Source of the DNA: Trichoplax adhaerens
Lineage: Eukaryota; Animalia; Placozoa
Assembly: GCF_000150275.1 (NCBI RefSeq)
Contig: NW_002060944.1
Location: 4,096,123 to 4,160,122, forward strand
DNA: 64,000 bases
Reading direction: 5' to 3'
Made by a program: the position numbers and the translations under genes. The notes beneath the pieces are model-generated. The model saw only the letters and a program-made list of their open reading frames with translations, did not search any database and had not been told where the DNA came from. This document shows, one piece after another, positions 54,305 through 64,000 of this stretch. The first letter of the stretch is position 1; each line of letters opens with the position of its first letter.

Positions 54305-57300
54305 TAATCTTAATCTTTATTATCATATTTTATATTTTATATGTCGAAGATATTTTGAGTGTCGAGTTATTTCGCTTTAAATAGTATACAATTATAAAAT
54401 GGACAAGAAATTTTAATGCAACATCATTTTATATCACATTCTTTCATGTTAGTTGTGTGAACATGAAATTTTCTTTAATTTACATCTTCAAAGAACTCAC
54501 ATTTGTAAAATTGTTCATACTTGATGCGTTAGTAAATAAAATTGAAAAGATTTTTATAAATCGCTTTAAAAATTAAATGGAAAGAGACAAGAGCTTACAC
54601 TATACTGAGACTGATACACAGGTAGATTAAGAATTTTAGAAGAACACTGGTAATAGCTATTTAGCACTGAATCAGACCTGCAGCATATAATTCCTGCTTT
54701 TAATTTAGCAGGCGGCTAAGTAGCCATGTTTAATATTATTATCATTTACAGCTAGTCAATATTTTTATTTCATAAGTTCGTAGACTAAACATTGTTTTAT
54801 TTGTTACTTTTATGACATTAAAAACCTTCTTCATAGTATGGTGCGACGGGCATATCTTACTCCGACGGGATTGGCCCCATCATTAGCAGGCAGTTTACAT
54901 AATCGCCTACTCTTCATTTAGCTACAACCAAATATTACTTTTATTTATTTATATCTTACGTCTCTTCAAAATGGTACGGTACCAAATATTTAAATCTTCG
55001 GTAGAATAGGTTGATAGACGGATAAACCGTGAACGTATCAGCGAAGACGGTATCGCTTTACTTTAAACATGTAAAATAGTTGTTAATTTATCTACAATAC
55101 CCGGCATATATTATATACGAAAGATGAATTTATTGTATAGTATTTCTTATAAAAAGGGTAAATTCATATTCAAGTACTAGTACGGCATATGAAACTTCGT
55201 GAAGGGTTACATTCAATCAAATATTATGGACGAGAGAAAAGTTTACAATTAATTGAATATCAGACCTGTTAGGAACCTACAGAGTGTATATGTTCAGAGA
55301 GTCAGAATAATGATTAATTATCAATAGGGATATTTAATACATGAACTTGCAGTATAAGTAGAAAAGGCTGTGAGATGGTGCCGATAGATAATAAACTATA
55401 GCCAGTAAATTGATTACTAGATCAACAGAAATTATAAGTATGTTAGCAATAGCGTGAATATAGTCATGATTCGTGAATAAGCTGAAACTAATATTATATA
55501 ATTAAAGACTGATCAGGGTTGAATTTGACACGAAATACCTATTTAGCATTCTAAAATAAATTCTGAGTCATGTTTGTATCTGTACATATGCGAATGTGCT
55601 GACAAATAAGAAGGTCAAAATTAGTGTGTCTGACCCATAGCAATCAAATCATATGGCGTCTGGATTTCAGCAAACTAATTTCTTTCTTTTGGTTAAATTT
55701 CATAAGGCAAATCCAATTTGATTTTTCGTTTACTTTGAATAAATTTAACAATGTCCTAAACACGATTGAGTAGTATGCTTACTCTTACTTGTATATCCCT
55801 GCATATGTTATCGATTTTGCACATTTGAGTACTTGCGACATTTTTACTAGATATTGAAAATAGTAATCCTGACATTTATGTCATTGATAAGATTCAGCGA
55901 TCAAGTCATAATTTTTTTCCACTTCACTTCCTGTCTAAGCCATATCCGAGTCGATGTACGCATACAGCGAGAATGGAACACACTTGATATTAGCTCATCC
56001 ACACTTAGTTTCATAAGATCAACTTGTTGGCAATAGTATTAATGGGATTCTCTAATACTAATTTCTAGCTGACTTTTTGTTTATTAAATTTTGATAGCTT
56101 ATTTCTTTATAAGTTATGGAATCTACCGTATATTTTTAATATCATTCCTTAAAATTGCTATAGTATATAAAATAAATTATGATTATTGTTTCATTCATAT
56201 CATGTTTATGGAGCCTTTCTATCTGGCGTTGAAGGAAAGAAGGACAAACGTGTGATTGTTCATTATACATATTATTGTATGCAGTATGTTTTATGCATAG
56301 ATAGTGTTTAATTTTTATAAATATATTACTACGGCTATTTCGAAGTGGTGTTGTACGATAAAATCATCTGCGATGTACGTATAGTTTGTAACTATGAGTG
56401 CGCAAGAAAATTATCAGAATAAAAATTTATTTCCGTCCGCTGTTCTAACAATATTTTTAATTTATAAAAGAATTAACACTATAGATAATTTCTTATAAAA
56501 GAATTGGTTCTGTTATGAAAGAAAGCTAGACTAAGGCGAATACTGTATTATTAAATACAGTATTGTCTCAAAATGACCTTTTGCCATCGATTTTGCAACT
56601 TTAGAAACTTGCTACTACAAAGATGAGTTTTACGTTACTTTGCAAATTTATAGTATGCAAAATATTGATCTAACATAACAGCGTTAAAAAGTAGGATAGT
56701 TCTATGAATACATTATGTATAGTATATTCACATCCACATTTTCGTAGTACCGGATGATAAGGACTTCCGTTAGATTTCTAAAGCTAGGATAGAAAAATTG
56801 TTTATTTATTTCCTTGTCATACATCTATACTGGCCTGGTTTTCTTTATAATGTCGTGACGGCGCATAAATTTTAACGTCATTGTTAAAATATGTTTCTTT
56901 AAATACAATGATGATGTAATCTTTTCTGATTTTTGTAGGCTAATAAGCGTATACTTTATTTTGCTTTATAGTATCTCCTTATTCACATGCCAACAAAAAA
57001 ATGTCAAATTTTCATTCATATATACTACTGTCATAATATTCATATAGAAAAGCTGTACTTTCTCAAGATCATAGAAAAAGTCTTAAAGCAAAATTCGTAT
57101 GCCTAACGCCTTATATGATCTCCTTAATATCGAATGTAATCCAAATCTTGATAACCCTCCCATGGAAAGATGAAATTGATATACACAAGCCTCGGGCTAA
57201 GCCAAACTGTGAATTCAAAGATTCGAAGTTATGGTTGAATTTCGTAATTACTTCTCATACACTTGTCTATTGGAAAATCGTATCATAATATGTAAAATTA

Positions 57301-60054
57301 TATATACAAAGGTATCAGTAAGTCTATTTGATGTTAACCTAAATTTCATCCAGCAAAACAAAAATTGCGCAGTACTTGCATGATAGGATACTATAGAAAT
57401 TTATTGAATATAGTAGGTAATGACGTTATAAATATATCATATTATATACATAGATATGAGTTTCGTATATAATATACGGACATACGTACGTATATGCCCT
57501 TGCAAAGGTATACATTATCCAGTATACAAGTATAGCAAAAAATTTTTTCTATAGAAATTGAAATGCAATCAAAACACAGTCTAAAAATCGATTGAATCTC
57601 TCAATTAATAGATTTAATTACTGGCTCCCGGTATTTTTGTTCGTAACATTAATTACCTACATAAAAGCTCAGATTACTTCCGTCGAAACTAAGAAAAGAG
57701 ACCGTTAAGTCTGCTACACTAAACAATGCCTCCCGTATAAAAGATAATGAAATAAAGTATCTCTTTGAATACATAACATTACATTGGCCATTGACACGTA
57801 CGTAACAAAAACTACAATCCGATGCCAAATATCATTACAATCAGAAGATAATCGCCAGTTATAATTGTAAACTAGTTCTGTTTCATTAATGACCATTATT
57901 TAAAAATTCTTCAAATAAATTAAATATTCCGTATTATAATTTAAATACAGAATAAAGTACCGGTAATTGTACTGATATTATAGATGCTCTCTCTAGTAGG
58001 TACCGTGGTTATGATTAGTTGAAACGAAAAATAGACAAGTCCTAAACATAATCATCGCACGTCAAATAAATTAACTGTACATTATTATACGAAGAGAAAT
58101 CGATCTACTATTTCCAGAAAGGCTATTACTAATCAAAGCTTTCCGAAATGTTAATCAAATGATTCAATTTCTTTAAATCTCAGCAATTACGAACTTATAT
58201 CACAAACTTGGTAGTTTAAAGTGACGTTTAAAAATTTATGTAATTATCTCTCCGATGTCACAACATATATACTACTGCTATTTCAGTTTAAGTTTGAAAG
58301 TCACGTAGATAGTATACAGTGTGAGATTTAGGAAAATATTAAATAAAGATTTTATACAGTTGGAATTGTCGACTAATAGAGTTAAGGAAATGGTTGAACT
58401 CTGTAATGGCCTTCGAAAATAATTAATACAGCATTGTCTATTAATTTGAACTAAGTATTGTCAAAATATGATGAAAAATAATTAAATATCCTTTACTGAA
58501 GATTTCATACAAGATATTCTAGAAAAATCATCACTTATATTTTGTCCTGTAGGAAATCTTCATTTAGCTAACGAATATTGCTTCTGTTATGTTATTGGTA
58601 TTGTTTTCATTTGCATGTCTATTTTTTGAGACTTTATAGTGTTTGTTACGTCATTTATTTTAAATATTACATCATTGTTTTCTATGTCACTTGGAGACTG
58701 GATTTACTTAATGTTGCCAATTTAAGCTTGGATACAATTACTTAAAAATGCTATTTACTAAATGTAAATACAATATCTATTTTTAAGTTAAAATGTATAA
58801 GGTTTAAATTGCTACAATTCCAGATCAAAGTGATAATTTCAGGTTTGTTCCCATAAGATATCAATTCTTATTCTCAGAGAAGTAAATTGTTTAACGTTTG
58901 AGAAATGAAAATCAATCTCTGGCAGAGACTGTTGTATTAATTATTTGTGGAGAAGTAGTAAAAGCAAATTTTATTAATACCACAACCCTTAAGAAACCCA
59001 TTCAATATTCTAGTTGTATAAATCCTCTCCTACGATAAAGTTATTGGATAGAGATTCTAGATAATCTAGAAGATTCTCTAAGATAAATAGTTACCAACTT
59101 TTCAAACTTATAGTGGTACTTACTTTCAGTCCTAATGGTATCATTCTAGTATAACTTTATACGCTGCATTCGAGGTAAAAAATTTTATAGCAAGATATAA
59201 ATGAATAGGAAAATATGAAGTCATTCACCTCATTTAACTTTTAGGTTACTCAATCTATAGGTAATTTAGAATTAGATTGTTGATTTTATACTGACTGTAC
59301 AATAAATATCGATAGTCAATGTTATAAAGAAAAACAGCTTTGTTGTTGATCTTAGGAATACAACTACTGTCAGCTTGAGTAATACTAATTATAATCGAAA
59401 TTTTGCTTTCCTAGGTATCAATAACTTAGAATTAAATTTACTTCCTAGGATAAAAATAACCCTGGGAAGATGTATATAATAAATACTTATAATTTGTAAA
59501 ACTATAATAATAGCAGGTCCTAGATCATTCTTTATGTTAAATTGTATTTACCGTTGCGATAGTGAAGAAATCACGTAATATCTATAATTTACCTATACAA
59601 ATCTTAATCTTATACAAGTATTTATTGTTGCCATGATATTATTTTATTTATACTCATTATCTACTGGACATTTGTTGTCTCGGCGTTGTCATTATAGCCT
59701 GTACTTTTTATTTATATTATGCGTCATATAGAGTCTGATTAACTAATTATTTGGCAAAATAATTTAACCACCGTTATTTGAATGCTTCCATTTTTTGGCC
59801 TATCTATTCATTACTATCCAATCACATGTTTGACATATGCATATATAAAGGGAGTATAGCAAAAGGACATCATTCACAAATTATTACATCCTTACGTTAA
59901 TATTTCAATTATCGAAAATCATCGTGTTTAGCAAGCAACGTTTCGACTATAATTATCTGCAACGGTCAATACTATGATAATTTATTACTTCAACATTGGC
60001 TATCCATCAATTTACCATTAATACATATGTAGATTGCTATTACCAACTAGAAAA

Positions 60055-61448
60055 ATGAATATTCACGACAACATATCTGAATTTATGGAGAACATAAACG
60101 GTGCTATTAATGGTTCTATATCCAAAGACTGGCTTTTACCGAAGCGAAGCATTGTAATTGATATTTCATTTATTATTTTAGCATTAGTTATTACAGTCAG
60201 CAATGTCAAATGTGTCTATAAGATTGGTAAATCATTTCGAAAATATAAAAGTAACACATTTTATAGCGCCGCTCGTTTACTGATGACCTTGTTAGTCGTT
60301 GTCAACACATCATTTTTGATACTAATTTCATCAATCATAGTTCCTAGTCAATTGGTTGGTTATTGGATTGGTGGTATTTATACTTGCAATACTGTAGGAG
60401 TCTTAATCGAGATATGGACAAATTTTGTTACATTATTAGCTACTATCATCAGTTTGGAGAGATACCTAGCCATTAAAAAGCCATTCCGCTATAATAATTT
60501 ATGTAGTCCATGGAAGATTAAACTATTATTAATTTTCATATTAATCATCAGCTCGCTTGTTGGAATATTATCTCTATTTTTAAATAGATTTGCTTTAATC
60601 GCTTACGTTCCTGTCTGTCAAATCGTTATTGATAATGTACACGATATTAATTCTTTGGAATATGCTACTCTGTGGCTAGATATGAGCTGTTTTATTCCTT
60701 GCTGTGGCATTTTACTGTTAACAACAATGGAAGTTTTACTAGAATTGAAGCAAATGTCAGTTCGAGTTAGAAATCTATCCGTTATACCATTACCTTTATC
60801 CCAATACGGTCATAATCGAGATCTTCGGCAAACTAAGAGATTGGCGAGAATTGTAATTATGATAACGGTTCTGCATCTATTATGTTGGATTCCTCAAAGA
60901 GTAAGTAAAAAGCGCAATACTACGCATATCTTTACGCAATAGATCGCTTATGCCAAGTTCTAATTAGAATTCTTAGTTCTATAGTAAATCAAATAGATGA
61001 TACGCGTTGGATTTGAGTTACTTGTAGAATTTATAATGTGAATTCGAGTAGAAGATTACTATTTCTTAAAAGAATTAGCTGGCGAAATAATTAATATTAA
61101 GCAAGTGATTAAGAATAATATTTTAGTGTAGAAATTACTTGATGCCATTTAGATTTTATATCAATTTTCAATATCCAATAATTCAATCGTTAATAATTTC
61201 AATTTATTATCGCTAAATCAATTCACAATAATTTATTAATTCTTTATCGCCTCTAGATATGTACTTACATACAGCGCTTGAGCGGTATCGATCAAGCAAG
61301 CTATGTATTCTACTCTCACGTTTCCGTTATAACAAAAATGCTAGACATGTTAGTTGTGCCATTGGCTATATTCTGGAGTCAGCAAAAATGTATTAGCAAG
61401 AAACGTCGGTCAAGAATTGGAAAGTCGTTACCATTGGTTCCGCCATAA
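60055..61448 (+). CDS. Rhodopsin-class GPCR, paralog of the 52450 receptor, 2 coding exons
   Basis: Exon 1 (60055-60900) has WIGGIYTC, ISLERYLAIKKPFRY and LCWIPQR|gtaagt. Exon 2 (61257-61448) has TM7 (VSVITKMLDMLVVPLAIFW) and stop TAA. The intron position and phase match the neighbouring GPCR. An AG acceptor lies at 60031-60032. Confidence 0.85.
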
Positions 61449-63360
61449 TTGTTAATATTTCTTTATATGTGACTATGCTGGCTATCTTGATAAACCAGCT
61501 TCATACAAATAAAGTTAATGAATGTATATATATGTATGCTTTTGCCAGCTTGAATATTAAAGATGCTATACTACATATTTTATATATTGAAATGCATTAT
61601 ATTTATTTATGCAATAAATAATTGATACCCATTGCAGCTATTATCAATTGTCAGTTAAAGGTGTAATTCATTCACAAATCACGTATTACTTTCTTACTGC
61701 ATGTATCTTCCGGTCTTCTTGGAGTAAATTCCGGTATGATGTGTCAGCCATTGATAATTTATGGTTAAATTAGCAAAATGGGGCAATTTTAAGGTTTAAA
61801 TTATTAGAGTAATTTGAAATAATACTCAAACTACAGTATTTGCATTGTATTAACTTGGTTTAGGCTAGATAGTCCTGGACACTATACACGTATCATATTC
61901 ATTCTAAGTATATCTGTTAATTTACTTTAATTTTTAATTTATCACTAGAGAACATATAAATTCATAATGCAAGTAAAAGCACAACATAATATCTAACATA
62001 TATCCTGATGACTGTTTGATCTTTTATGAAGATATACTGCTATGGATATTTCGAGTCATGACAAAAATCACATATGAGGTTTGCCCAACTTATAACTATA
62101 TATTTGCGCGAATAAATCATTGAAACAACTCACCTAACTATTTTTAGCAATATTTTGATTTTTTATGACAGAATTAATGACAAGCAGTTTCGTATTTGAA
62201 ATGCTTTTCTGTTACAAATGAATTATACATTGGGGTAATTGTGAATTATTGTATTAGCTCAGGAATACTCTCTGATATTGATAAATTTTAAAATTTTAAA
62301 TCTACGTATGCAAGGTTGTGTGTACATCAAATCATATATTGCATCAAGTGTTTAAAGTAAAATTAGATTTTTAGGTTGTGCTACGATAATTATAATGCTT
62401 TGTACCAAATAGAAATCGAAGCGTTCAGCGACGGTAAAATGAAAATTTTTTCATCGTAGTTTCTGCAGCTAGAATGCAAAACAGATTCTACTTATTTCTT
62501 GCTCTTACCTCTACATTTACCTCCAGGATTTTCTTGAAATGCTGCTACTGAACGCTAAATCATCTTCTACGTTAGCTTCTTCATAATACCAATGATTTGG
62601 CCCTCTGTTATTCTAATAAAGCTTCTAAATGATAACCTTTTAGTATATATTTACTTCATGATACTCATTCAATCAGTTTCATTCGTGTTCACTAATACTA
62701 CAATGCTCTTATAAAAACGTGCAATTGTAATTATTGATAGCAACTAATAAAGATCGCAAGAGCAAAAGTATCAAGTCTCGTACCCGGTGTGTCCTCCTAA
62801 GCATCTTAAATATAATTTATAACTTGATAATATTTCGATGGCAAGTCCGTTTCTTATTAAAATATGCCTCTCTGTAGGCTAATTTATAACTTTAGGAAGT
62901 ACAATGTAAACCAATTTATAGCAAACCTTAATGAATGCAATTGACATTTATAATTGTATAAAATCGTAGTACCATGTAATTAACTGTATCATTATAGCAG
63001 AAAATGTCAATAAAGTCTAGCACATATCAAGTTCAATTGCTATGCACTTAATAAAATGAATAAACCATTTCATAAAATTTATATTTTAGGATACTACAGG
63101 ACGTTTATGGTGGTATGCTAGGTAATAGCAGTACATTGTAAAGCACAAATATATACTGTCTACGTATAATTATATATAATGAACTACAAAGTGATATTCG
63201 CTTATTTATGGAGAGAAAATCTTTTTCAACGGAGATAAAAAATAAAATAAATGTGGTCACGTTTTAACTTGGAAACCTATTGAATTTTAGCGATTACATT
63301 GTTCTATTAATCTTCGTTGTTACCGTTCAAGTTTTTAAAACTGAACCATTCTTAATAAAC

Positions 63361-63583
63361 TACATGATATAGAGATTTAAATTTTGTTGCGATTACGAAA
63401 AGAGAGAATCTTAAAATATGCTCTATTGTACTACAGTAAGCAAAACATTACTTATGCGATATAATGCAGAGATTCAAATTTTGTTGAAATACAAAAAGAG
63501 ACTCTTGATTAAAATGTGCTCTGCTGCACTACAGTAGCCAATACATTACTTATGCTATATGATACAGAGATTCAAATTTTGTT
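63361..63583. repeat. ~98-bp-period tandem repeat, about 2.3 copies
   Basis: agagatt(t/c)aaattttgtt occurs three times; ttaaaat(a/g)tgctct..tg.actacagta..caa.acattacttatgc occurs twice. Confidence 0.85.
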
Positions 63584-64000
63584 TATTTGGAGGGTCCATT
63601 ATACTATATTACAATCAAAAATATATTCTGTGTGAAAACATCGAGCTAAAAATTTTTCTTCGACTAGAGGATGTTAGATCAGCCGTTGACAGGTGCTTCA
63701 GAAATTGGAGATCCCTGTTAGATATCGCTGCAGTATGAAGACGATCACAGCTATAATAAATCATCGTAAGCATATTTTAAATTATTAATAACTTTTGTCT
63801 AAACTTCTGACTAAGTTTTTTTCATGGAAAATGATCATTGTTTCATCTAATTTAACTAGAACATAGATACGTTGTCGCGATAAATAGTAAAGCACGGTAC
63901 CTGCAAGTAATATTAAAATAAAAACGGGTCTAAAATAAAAATTACCTGCATCAAATTATTGCTACATGAAGGCAAATAAATCGATTGCCTCTAACATTAG

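Noticed and set aside
54862-54910. atatcttactccgacggg..., vaguely like a U1 snRNA 5' end
   Set aside because: It does not match ATACTTACCTG, and the U1 loop motifs and an Sm site at the expected spacing are absent.

Overview
This is AT-rich, intron-dense eukaryotic genomic DNA with short GT-AG introns, not prokaryotic. Composition, intron sizes and gene content suggest an early-branching animal, most plausibly a placozoan such as Trichoplax (inference only). I spliced seven genes by hand. (1) 7659-23976 (+), 44 coding exons, about 2,370 aa: a CACHD1/alpha2delta-family protein (signal peptide, dCache, VWA with an intact MIDAS, second dCache, Cys-rich/PSI-like region). An array of 11 divergent ~110-aa modules, each encoded by the same two-exon phase 2-0-2 cassette, lies between this head and its TM helix. 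This is the most striking feature of the window. (2) NAMPT, 16 exons. (3) TMEM115 on the minus strand, 9 exons. (4) An ANKRD45-like ankyrin gene with an RFX X-box upstream. (5) A KLHL20/diablo-like BTB-BACK-Kelch gene. (6, 7) Two tandem, highly divergent rhodopsin-class GPCRs with a prostanoid-receptor-like exon layout. Non-coding features include a ~505-bp palindrome built from two inverted MITE-like units, a 207-bp tandem duplication in a divergent promoter, TACAGTA/TACTGTA clusters upstream of two housekeeping genes, and several degenerate tandem arrays in the first 7 kb. I found no tRNA, rRNA or CRISPR array. All coordinates were read by eye and may be off by a few bases.
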